A DNA stretch of 64,000 bases from the IMG/VR virus record IMGVR_UViG_3300036770_007495, positions 1-64,000 of that record. One strand, 5' to 3'. Positions within the stretch are counted from its first letter, which is position 1; each line of letters starts with the position of its first letter. The notes under the pieces were generated by a model. It was given only the letters and a program-made list of their open reading frames with translations. It searched no databases and was not told where the DNA came from. The translations under genes and the position numbers were made by a program. This document shows, in pieces, positions 41,553 through 50,759 of this stretch.

Positions 41553-41583
41553 AAGGCTCCAAGGCAACTTGGAGCTTTCTTTG
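41553..41583 (+). terminator. Rho-independent terminator
   Basis: AAGGCTCCAAG-GCAA-CTTGGAGCTTT + T tract. Confidence 0.7.
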
Positions 41584-41626
41584 TGTTTCTATTTGCATTC
41601 AAGTGCTTTTGCATGTATATTGTGTT

Positions 41627-42109
41627 ATGAATAAACCACTTAAGACGGCTTCTTTGGCTCAAGCACTTGAAGCTTATGCATCTGGAACCTTTGTTTACAA
41701 CAATCCATGCAGCATCTGCGGCAAGCAATGTTCCACACCCACCATGGAAATTTGGCTGCGACGCATTCGCGAGTTTCATGGCATTGAGCAAATGTATCGT
41801 GAATACAAATGTCGCAACTGCCGCAAAACGGAACCTTTGAACATCAAAGCTGCAGAGCCCATGCACAATGTTGCAGTGGAACCTCTCAAGGATGCTTGTG
41901 TGCCGGTGTTGCAGATGCAGGCCAAAAAGAAGCCACAACAGCCAACACCAGTGCATCAGGAACCGCCGCAACCCATTAAACGCACTCCTCGCCCCGGTGA
42001 TGCAGTCAAGCACCCCCCTGGTTGTGTGGGCATTTCCGTTTGGGAAACCAACATCAATGGTGAATTGGAATATCGTGGCACTCAATGGACAAAAATTTTG
42101 AAAGATTGA
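41627..42109 (+). CDS. Zinc-finger-containing hypothetical protein
   Basis: CSIC...CRNC; leaderless. Confidence 0.55.
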   Translation: MNKPLKTASLAQALEAYASGTFVYNNPCSICGKQCSTPTMEIWLRRIREFHGIEQMYREYKCRNCRKTEPLNIKAAEPMHNVAVEPLKDACVPVLQMQAKKKPQQPTPVHQEPPQPIKRTPRPGDAVKHPPGCVGISVWETNINGELEYRGTQWTKILKD

Positions 42110-42145
42110 GTTGCACAAAACACAAAAAGCATCCATGATACACAC

Positions 42146-42463
42146 ATGAACGTCCAAGACATCATCACCGAAATTGAGGCTGGCCATCACGATTCCCACC
42201 TCAATGACATGCTGCAGTGCATCACTCAGCGCATGCGCAACAAAAATCGTGAAGCTCAAATGCCACGCACTGGCATGAACTTCAATGTTGGAACGCCTGT
42301 GCGCTTCAACAACATGGCCAGCACCAGCTACATTCGTGGCCAGCGCGGCATCATTGTGGAAAAGCGTCGCAGTCGTGTGACTGTGCAGATGGATGCTGGT
42401 CCCATGGGTCGCTTCCAGACTGGCCGCATCACCTGCCCCACCAGCATCCTGGAAATCATCTAA
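42146..42463 (+). CDS. Hypothetical protein (SH3/KOW-like C-terminus)
   Basis: FNVGTPVRF...G.RG.IVEK. Confidence 0.6.
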   Translation: MNVQDIITEIEAGHHDSHLNDMLQCITQRMRNKNREAQMPRTGMNFNVGTPVRFNNMASTSYIRGQRGIIVEKRRSRVTVQMDAGPMGRFQTGRITCPTSILEII

Positions 42464-42891
42464 CTGATTACACCGCTACAGCAGGTGGCCCTGCAACCTT
42501 TTTAGTTGAACTCTTTGCAAAAACATCTAATATGATGACAATGAATCAATTCTTTGCCACAATGAAAGCAGGCTTCTATGATCTGCTCATGAAGCCCAGA
42601 ACAGCACAACAAGACAATGATCGTGCAGTTTCTCCAGCAACAACTCGTGCTCTGCGCGCCGTGGCCTACCATCGGTGCAATGGCTACAACCCTGTGGTAA
42701 CTTATCAACGTCGCTTTGGATGAACAAGTGGTGGCGCATTTGGTGCCGCACCATGGGGCACAAAATATCTGATGACAATGCAGAAGCTGATGCTGCAGCC
42801 ATCATCAGAACCATTTTTTGGGTGGTGAACCTAATCACGTGCTTGTTCATCATTGCTGGCATCATTCGACACTGGAACGACTAAACAATTT

Positions 42892-43000
42892 TGAGTGCAT
42901 GGTGAAATGGTAAACACAGCCGTTGGCGAGGAGGTCGCCATTACGCGGGGCCGCTGATTTAATCACAGCTTGTGGGTTCAAATCCTGCTGCACTCAATCA
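42892..43000 (+). ncRNA. tRNA-Leu-like RNA with extended anticodon arm
   Basis: GAGTGCA/TGCACTC; GTGAAATGGTAAACAC D-arm; long variable arm; GTGGG-TTCAAAT-CCTGC; TGGCGA-GGAGG-TCGCCA apex. Confidence 0.6.
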
Positions 43001-43254
43001 CCTTTCTTTTAATCATGAACATCTCATTCGAACAGTTTATGCGCATGTGGGACAAACACTGCGAGCGTGTGTTTGGCATTGACGCTAGTTCCTTGCCAGA
43101 CATTTTGTGCATTGATGACTATTGGTATGAAGACATGAGCCAGCAAGAGGCAAAAGATGCTTTGTTGGACATGGAACAGGAACTGCGTGAGGAGTTGCAT
43201 TTTGATGCATAAAGTTGTTGCACCATCACCAAAATGCGCCTATAATGACGTCCT

Positions 43255-43677
43255 ATGAGCAACCTGCTTAAATCAACCAATCGCGGCATCATTGCCCGCG
43301 GCCACAAGTCCCGCAACATCGGCCTTCGCGCCCAACTGCTTCATCTCAAAGTGGGTGAAGTGTTGGTGTCTCGCGACAAAGATGCCAAAGGGCTGGCCAA
43401 TTCATTGAGCCGAACCACCAAGCGCACCTCTGGCACCCGCTTTGCTGTGAGTGACTTGGGCAATGGCGAAGTGGAAATCCAACTCGTTCGCCACATTGAA
43501 CGCAAGCGCATGACGCAGATGACGTTGCCCATGCCTGAGGTCAAAGTGGAAATCCTGCCCCCACCTGCGGCTCCTGTGAGCATCAAGCTCGATGACTCTG
43601 ATGTTGTTGAGCTCAATGCTCTGCGCGAGCTGTTCAACGGGTTCATGCAGCGCCTGGAAATGAAGAACGGCAAGTAA
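43255..43677 (+). CDS. Hypothetical early protein
   Basis: Own promoter and terminator. Confidence 0.65.
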   Translation: MSNLLKSTNRGIIARGHKSRNIGLRAQLLHLKVGEVLVSRDKDAKGLANSLSRTTKRTSGTRFAVSDLGNGEVEIQLVRHIERKRMTQMTLPMPEVKVEILPPPAAPVSIKLDDSDVVELNALRELFNGFMQRLEMKNGK

Positions 43678-43695
43678 CATCTCCTGCATGCCATT

Positions 43696-43731
43696 GGCGG
43701 TGCCATTCTTTTGAGTGGCACCGCTTTTTTT
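43696..43731 (+). terminator. Rho-independent terminator
   Basis: GCGGTGCCATTC-TTTT-GAGTGGCACCGC + T8. Confidence 0.8.
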
Positions 43732-43765
43732 GTTGCTTTGATCGCAAATGCTGCCATAATGCAAT

Positions 43766-44074
43766 ATGGACAAACAACAAATCAAAGCACTGCTTAGCAT
43801 CAAAAGCATTGATGACATCAAATCGCTCGACATCACCCATGAGTATACAGATGATCATCAGCCGTGTGCGGAAGTGCAAATCAATGGCATCGCCGTTGAA
43901 TTCCTTTGGTATGATGATTTGGGCTTTCTGCAGTATTACGATGAATCGCCCAAAGCTGCTGCAAAGCTTCTGCAGAGCATCAAATTCGTTGCTTTTGCAG
44001 CTTTGGAAGAGTTGAGCGATGAATGGGATGAAGAAATGAAGCAGATGCATTCGGAACTCAGCAAAGAGTTTTAA
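43766..44074 (+). CDS. Acidic hypothetical protein (paralog of 45507..45932)
   Basis: DDHQ.CA.V.INGI..E.LWYDDLGFLQY.DESPKA shared. Confidence 0.75.
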   Translation: MDKQQIKALLSIKSIDDIKSLDITHEYTDDHQPCAEVQINGIAVEFLWYDDLGFLQYYDESPKAAAKLLQSIKFVAFAALEELSDEWDEEMKQMHSELSKEF

Positions 44075-44199
44075 TCGCACAACAATGCATGGGGGCAGCA
44101 GAAATGCTGCCCTTTTTTTGTGCACATGTGGAACCAAATGCCGAAGCATATATGCAAAAATAGACTATAGACTGAGATAGACCGAGGTAGACTGACAAG

Positions 44200-44445
44200 T
44201 GCATGGTTCCAATTCTAATGGAACCCATTGATAGTCAATGCATTATGCACATTACAAAATAAAGATCTATATACAGACCTCTCGTGTACCCAGGTGACAC
44301 GAGCCGGCATCGGTTCCTAATGCAGATGGAACCGTTGAGACTCAATGACTTATGTCAAAATGTACACTAAAAGATGTCTATTAGATGTCTTGTGTCACCT
44401 GGGTACACGAGCCGGTATCGGTTCCTAGTGCAGTTGGAACCATGG
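44200..44445. repeat. Three ~107-108-bp tandem units with palindromes
   Basis: GGTTCC-N9/10-GGAACC at 44205, 44312, 44420; CTCGTGT/ACACGAG hairpin at 44281 and 44389. Confidence 0.8.
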
Positions 44446-45049
44446 TGATGAGATCATCGTGTGGTGATCATGAATGCATCATCTTGAGTTCCCCTTGTTG
44501 ATTTGAGAAGTTTGCAAAGAGATGTTGATGTTGCGCGCGGAGCATGTATTGTATCAACATGGATAAGATCAAACTCGCCGCTGCTCTCTTGAAGTTCTTT
44601 GCAACGCAAGAGTGTGAGGAACTCTCCGACTTGGTTGGCTACTGCAATGCCAATTTTGATCCTGCAAGTCTCGATTACAAGGAACAGATGCAGGACCTGC
44701 AGCATCGGTTTGAGTTTGTGGCACAAGACATCATCAAAGAAATCTCATGAGCGCTCCCATCATCAAGATCCCTGTGCATGGAATGCACATTCACGAGTTG
44801 CTGCAGCGGCTTGGCGACCCTGCAGAGGGGTTCAAGTTTACGCTCAAGATCAAACGCAACAAGCGCTACAAGCTGCGTTCGTTCCGCATGCTGTCGACGT
44901 CGCAGCGGCATTGCGAATGCTGCGGCAATTATGTGATGACCGGCTTCAGGAACTCTCGTCGAAGCTTTCACTTTGATACACATTTTGGCATTGGCTACGT
45001 GAACCCACAAAGCATTTGCTAATTTGCAGGAACCTGTTACATTGATGCT

Positions 45050-45331
45050 ATGCCCCTTGACAACGAATATCTGCCGGTGAAGTTGGAATACAGATACATG
45101 CGTGATGGCTGGTATCAGCTGCCGCTGTTTGATTGGGTTCAATCTCATGCTATTTATGGTCTTACTGTGTATGACTTGGATAGCGTAAAGAAAGAACTCA
45201 AAAGCAAAGGAGCTACCCATTTCCGAGTGGTTGGCAAGGCCAAGCATGGCGATGGTCGCATTCTTTGCTATCGCGGAACTCCCAACCCTGAATTCAAACA
45301 TCCTCACCCCAAGAAAAAGAAAAAGAAATGA
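45050..45331 (+). CDS. Small basic hypothetical protein
   Basis: Leaderless promoter; poly-Lys C-terminus. Confidence 0.55.
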   Translation: MPLDNEYLPVKLEYRYMRDGWYQLPLFDWVQSHAIYGLTVYDLDSVKKELKSKGATHFRVVGKAKHGDGRILCYRGTPNPEFKHPHPKKKKKK

Positions 45332-45506
45332 GCACTCTGTTCACCATTCGTCTGAGCAATGCCGCAATCAATGCCAAGGTTCGCCGCGGCGCTTGCGGAA
45401 AAGGCCGCACTGGCTTTGCGATGCGCGATCGCACCAAGTATGTGCGGCACAACAAGCACAAGAACAAAATGGTTGACTGATTCAGGAACTGCTGCACATT
45501 GCTGCC

Positions 45507-45932
45507 ATGAGTGCTAATGCAAACTATCGCAAGCTCAACGATCGCAGCTGCAACAGCTCCACCTACCACAAAAAGGATGGAACTGCTGTGCGCGCCAAGC
45601 TCAAGCAGCAGATGAATGATGATGTTGATGCTTGCACCAAAGAGGAACTGCTGCAGATCAAAAGTGCTGAGGACATCAAATCGGTGGAAATCGAAAATGA
45701 ATACATCGACGACCACCAACAATGCGCTGATGTCAAAATCAATGGCATCAAAATGGAAATGCTGTGGTATGATGATTTGGGCTTCCTTCAATATTGGGAT
45801 GAATCACCCAAAGCACTCAAGCGCCTCATCAAAGCCATTCGCCATTGCTGCTTTGTGGCAATGGATGATAGGGAAGATGCTGCATTTGAAGAAGTGGCTG
45901 AAATGCATGCGGAACTTGCAAAAGAGTTCTAA
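45507..45932 (+). CDS. Hypothetical protein (paralog of 43766..44074 with N-terminal extension)
   Basis: Direct similarity; terminator at 45948-45982. Confidence 0.75.
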   Translation: MSANANYRKLNDRSCNSSTYHKKDGTAVRAKLKQQMNDDVDACTKEELLQIKSAEDIKSVEIENEYIDDHQQCADVKINGIKMEMLWYDDLGFLQYWDESPKALKRLIKAIRHCCFVAMDDREDAAFEEVAEMHAELAKEF

Positions 45933-46042
45933 GTCAAAATCTTCATAAGAAGGCTGCACTCAAAAGGTGCAGCTTTCTTTTTTAATTGATGGTTAACAGA
46001 TTTTCCTGTTGCACACTTGAGAGAATCATTGTATAATCTACT

Positions 46043-46354
46043 ATGATCAACACCAAGGCGTTTTGGGAAATTGTCAGAGATGAATATGAGCACCACAGCT
46101 CATGGGGCATATACATGTGTCTTGCATCTGAAGCATTCAAGAGTGCATGGAACAATTCACGCACCACATTGCAGCAATTGGGTGCAGAATTTCTTGCCGC
46201 AGTGCCTGAGTTTAATTTCATGCACACCACCAATGATGAAGATGGTGCAAGCGTGCTGTTCAAGCCCTCAAAAGATACACTCTACATCACCGACGAACAG
46301 CGCATTGAGGTGCGCAAAGCTTTCATCAACTGGAACCTTGAACGCTGCAAATAA
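46043..46354 (+). CDS. Hypothetical early protein
   Basis: TTGCAC-N17-TATAAT-N5-ATG. Confidence 0.6.
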   Translation: MINTKAFWEIVRDEYEHHSSWGIYMCLASEAFKSAWNNSRTTLQQLGAEFLAAVPEFNFMHTTNDEDGASVLFKPSKDTLYITDEQRIEVRKAFINWNLERCK

Positions 46355-46660
46355 CATCATGACTACTGCCATCATCCTCTGCATCTTGTGGGTTGTATCC
46401 ATGGGAACCATTCTCAACATCGCCCTGCAACCCGCCAACTATACGTTTCCTCAATGGCGCAAGCGCATGCGCACCTGCTTTGCCATGTGCCTCATCATCA
46501 CATTGTTGTATGCTTGGGTCATTGTGCGCCTGAGCTCATCACAAGAACATCCCCATGAGGAACTGATCTTGCCACCAGCTTCTGATGAGCTCATTGGCTC
46601 AACATGTTTCCTCAATCAAACAATTGTTGATGTTTGAGCAAATGAATGCATAATAACGTC

Positions 46661-46927
46661 ATGAAAAAGAAATACGACCTTATCATCTATTCTCGTCAGC
46701 AATTTGAATGCACATCCATGCAAGTGGAAGCCGCCAACAAAGAGGAGGCTGCTAGCATGATGGATGATGCTCTCATGAGGTATCATCTGGAACTTCTCGA
46801 AGGAGAGGATCCTGCTGACTACGATGCCGACACCCTTGAAGAGGTTGCGGAAGAGCAAATCGAAAACGAAGAATACTACCTCGTTTGTGTGGTGGCTTCT
46901 GATTCCGACTACGACTTGGTTTGGTAA
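46661..46927 (+). CDS. Small acidic protein
   Basis: D/E-rich; leaderless. Confidence 0.55.
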   Translation: MKKKYDLIIYSRQQFECTSMQVEAANKEEAASMMDDALMRYHLELLEGEDPADYDADTLEEVAEEQIENEEYYLVCVVASDSDYDLVW

Positions 46928-47175
46928 CATCATGCACCAATTGCAATACAAATGCCCTCTTTCACATCAATGGATGGTGTTCAAGCGATTCAAATGCAAT
47001 GCGGAAGCAAATGAATACTTTCGGACATATCCTAAAAGAGGGCATTTGTTGTCGCAACTGATGCGAGAGGGGAAATGCCGAATTGCACCAACGCGCGTTT
47101 CCTAAAAAGAAGGCCGCAAAAAATATTTTAAGTTCCAGTTGATGCATCCTAAAATCCGCCTATATTGAGTTCGTT

Positions 47176-47370
47176 ATGAGAAAGCCATATTTCAACAATA
47201 CCGAAATTAAAAAAGGCGACATTCTGGATTTCACCATTCATAAAGTGGCGGAAGATGGAGTGGTTGTCAACATCAATTACGAATCGGAAGAAATCGATTT
47301 GTATGATGATGGAGAGGGGTGGACGATTAGCGCCAAAACGGAAAGTTTGGGGCTTATCGAGTGGAAATAA
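47176..47370 (+). CDS. Small hypothetical protein
   Basis: Promoter upstream, GC hairpin terminator at 47376-47404. Confidence 0.55.
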   Translation: MRKPYFNNTEIKKGDILDFTIHKVAEDGVVVNINYESEEIDLYDDGEGWTISAKTESLGLIEWK

Positions 47371-47451
47371 ATTGGGAGGGGCGGCCAAAAAAAGGCCGCC
47401 CTTTCCTTTCTTTTTAGTTGATGATTTGTTGGAACCAGCCACAGTACTCAC

Positions 47452-47889
47452 ATGCCCCACTCACAATATTCTCTCAAAGACCAATTGGAAGCCTTCAGCA
47501 AAGGCGAATGGCTTGATCGCTGCTTCTACTTCTATGATTGGTTCTGCAAAGATGCTTCTCTGGAACGCAAGGCTCGAGCATTGATGAGCAAAGTCAAGAA
47601 GTTCATCAAAGTTATGAAGGTGGATGTGGAGACAACTTACGTCTTCTTCAAAAACAACTGCCCTCTGCATGGAAGCCTGTATGATGACTTTCGCATTTGT
47701 GATGTGGAAACTGGTGATGTGCTGTGGACAGTGACGCCTGCATGCGGCCACAATTGCACCAAAGGAACTGCAGATGCATGGAGCCCATTGAATCAATTCA
47801 AAGAGCCACTCTACTCAGCACGCAACTGGAAAGCATTGCTGCAACATCTTCAAGAGTTTGAGTTGCAAAAGTCGCAAAAGCAGCCATGA
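47452..47889 (+). CDS. Conserved phage hypothetical protein
   Basis: FYDWFCKD.SL...YVFFKNNCP..G.LYDDFRICD. Confidence 0.7.
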   Translation: MPHSQYSLKDQLEAFSKGEWLDRCFYFYDWFCKDASLERKARALMSKVKKFIKVMKVDVETTYVFFKNNCPLHGSLYDDFRICDVETGDVLWTVTPACGHNCTKGTADAWSPLNQFKEPLYSARNWKALLQHLQEFELQKSQKQP

Positions 47890-48244
47890 TGTTGCATGAC
47901 TGACGAACAATGCCCCACATGCGGATGCACCATTGGTGGTGGGTGCCCACAAAGCACTCAAGAGGAAATTGAAGCATACAAGCAACGCCATCCTGAAGAG
48001 CAAGATGATGAGGAACTCATTCTCTCTCATTAATCTGAATGATGATTTGAGAGACACTACCAAACATATTGGAAGGTAGAAGAGGAGCTCAAAATGAGCA
48101 GATGAGGTTGTGCATCTCATCTGCTCACCTCTTCAACATCCCCTTCTGGAAATGAGGAATGCATTTTGAGATGATGGCGCAAAATGGCGAGCTGGTTCCT
48201 TCTTTTTTAGTTGAATACTTCAAAATTGATGCTATTATAAGAGC

Positions 48245-48481
48245 ATGAAAGAAAAGATTATTGCATTCATTTTTGGGGATGGTGAGGTTGAAAGCAAGAT
48301 TTTTGGGCAGGAAGATGTGGAAGTGTGGGAGAGGGGTATGGGATGGGGATGTGTGAGTTTGGATGATGTGGAATTTCGAATTGTGGATGATGTGGTGATG
48401 GTAATGGGAGAGAGTGTGGAGAAGGTGAAGGAAGGGGTGAAGAAGGTGAAAGTGTATGATGCGGAACAAGATTATGGATGA
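48245..48481 (+). CDS. C-depleted small acidic protein
   Basis: 7 C in 237 nt; leaderless promoter; starts MKEK. Confidence 0.55.
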   Translation: MKEKIIAFIFGDGEVESKIFGQEDVEVWERGMGWGCVSLDDVEFRIVDDVVMVMGESVEKVKEGVKKVKVYDAEQDYG

Positions 48482-48939
48482 TGTGGCAAAATAGGAGCAT
48501 TAATGTGATGCATTAAGTGCATGAATGGAGTGAGTTTCCCATTCATGGGAAATGCATAATGCAGGCACACTCATCTTCATCATCACCCTTCATACTTCAA
48601 GTGGAACCTTTTTTGTGATGCTGGCATCTTGCTCGTTTCCGGCAGCATAAAATATTTTATTTTTAAGTTGATGATTCTCTATCAGCATCTATAATGTTGG
48701 TATGGAGAACGAACTCAAAAATAAATTGAAAGAAGTGGAGCAACAAATTCAAAATGTCCAAAATTTTGGATATTGCCGGGAATGTCTCGACATTTTGGTG
48801 CAACAAAAAGAGTGGCTGGAGGGTCTGATCGCCAATTTTTGCGAATAAAACTTGAAAGGGAAAGGCAGCTAAAAGGCTGCCTTTCCCCCCCCCCCTTTTT
48901 TTTATTTGATTAATTAGTGGGGTGAGGTATAGTGTGAGT

Positions 48940-49269
48940 ATGAAAGAAAAATTTAATTTTGAAGAGGATATGGATTTGGTGAAAGTGGAATTGATGGATG
49001 ATGGTGATTGGGAGTATTTGAGAATGGGAATTGGAGAGTGTGAGGGTAGGGTGTTTGTGGTTGATTTGGATGATAGTGGAGAAGAAGAAAGGGAAATGAA
49101 ATATGTGAAAGAAGGATTGAGTGTTGAGGATGTTTGTAAGATTGGAATTGAAGTGGGAGTGTTTGTTGATAGTAGTGAGTGGGGGTATGATGAAAGAGAT
49201 AAGGTGAGGGTGAAGATGGAGTGTGAGGAGAAGGATTGGGAGGAATTTTTTAGGAGGTTGAAGGAGTGA
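48940..49269 (+). CDS. Cytosine-free gene encoding a 109-aa acidic protein
   Basis: TTGATT-N16-TATAGT-N6-ATG; open 109 codons; no C on coding strand; no A/P/T/H/Q residues. Confidence 0.65.
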   Translation: MKEKFNFEEDMDLVKVELMDDGDWEYLRMGIGECEGRVFVVDLDDSGEEEREMKYVKEGLSVEDVCKIGIEVGVFVDSSEWGYDERDKVRVKMECEEKDWEEFFRRLKE

Positions 49270-49451
49270 AGGTGTGGTGGAACCTTCAAAAGAAGATGAG
49301 GAGGTGGTGATGAGAGTGTGAGGTTGGGAGGATGAGTGTGTGGTGATGATGGGGTGGTGTGGAAATGATGGGGGGAAGTGGTGATGGTGGCTGCATTTGC
49401 AGTTCCGCCTTTTTTTAGTTGATTACATCTCAAAAGAAGTTATGATGTTGT

Positions 49452-49652
49452 ATGGACATTAAATCTTATGACATCAACAAACAAGAATGTATCATCAACT
49501 TTCTTAATGTGGACAGAAAGGTGAGTTTTAGTGATAATGGGGATATTGATGTGGAACCCATTAATGATTTGAATGAACAGGAAGAGAAAGATTTGTTTGA
49601 TGAGATTTTGAATAGTGAAGAAATCAACAAACTCTTTCCTTACGACTCTTAA
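49452..49652 (+). CDS. Small acidic protein
   Basis: Leaderless promoter TTGATT...TATGAT-N5-ATG. Confidence 0.55.
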   Translation: MDIKSYDINKQECIINFLNVDRKVSFSDNGDIDVEPINDLNEQEEKDLFDEILNSEEINKLFPYDS

Positions 49653-49699
49653 AGAAGAGTAAGAGATGAGATGAGAGGACATCTTAATGATGTCCTTTC

Positions 49700-50420
49700 T
49701 TTTTGTTTGCAAATGGAACCAAATAGAATGAATGAGTGAGTGATGGAGTGGTGAGGAGGAGTGATGTAGAGGTGAGGTGAATGTGGAACCAAAAATGGAG
49801 GAGTGAAGGAGTGAATAGAGTGAATAAATGAAGGAGTGAATGAAGATGTTTCCTTTTGCAATTGGAACCAAAAATGTATGAGTGAATGAATGAATGAATG
49901 AATGAATGAATGAAGGAGAGGTGAGGAGGAGTGATGGAGTGAATGAAGATGTTTCCTTTTGCAATTGGAACCAAAAATGTATGAGTGAAGCTTTATGCTC
50001 AAATTATGCATAATGCAGATTAGATGTTGATGAGGATATGAGAAGCATTTATATTCATTCATGCACTCATTTCTGGAACATCTTTATGCCATCTGCTCAT
50101 CACTCATTATGTTGATGATGATGCTGGTGGAACAAATGAAGAGCATTAAGGTGAGCATTATGCTCATCATTCTCTTTTGCATCTGGAACCTTTCTTATCC
50201 TCTCTTTATCTCAATTGATGGTGAGGTGTGGATGAATGTTGTGATGAATGATGTGATGAATGATGAAATGGAACTCATGAATGATGGAGTGGTGATGAGT
50301 GAATGTGGTGAGGTGTGGATGAGTGATGTGATGAATGATGAAATGGAACTCATGAATGATGATGAGGTGATGAGTGGGAGGGTGAGTGGGAGGGTGAGTG
50401 AATGGCGTTCCGGATGAAGA
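49700..50420. repeat. G/A-rich non-coding repeat tract (candidate origin or genome end)
   Basis: 54-bp exact repeat at 49833 and 49936; (GAAT)7; duplicated GATGTGATGAATGATGAAATGGAACTCATGAATGATG; recurring TGGAAC. Confidence 0.75.
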
Positions 50421-50759
50421 GGAATTGATTAGACCATTTCTGAATATGAGGTGTGATTTCTAGACTACATCATGTCTAGAAACATCATCATGTCTAGAAT
50501 TATTAACACATCTTAAATTTTGTATTGTTTTGGATTTTGAGTGGTTCCATAGAAACACAAGCGTGAAAAAACGGAACTAACAAAACTTTTTTGGTCTATC
50601 TTTTAGACCGCATGCCAAAATTTTTTTGCGCAATTCACCACAGTTCTGTATATGGGTTTTCTTCACCACAGTTCTATATATGGCTCATTTTCAAAAATTT
50701 TTTTTGCGCAAAATTTCACCATTTCATATATGGCCCTGATGCATTAAATAATTGCACTT

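Noticed and set aside
49700-50420. CRISPR array; ORFs 49440..49964, 49649..50062, 50061..50417
   Set aside because: Repeats are irregular low-complexity units without unique regular spacers; the ORFs are translations of those repeats.
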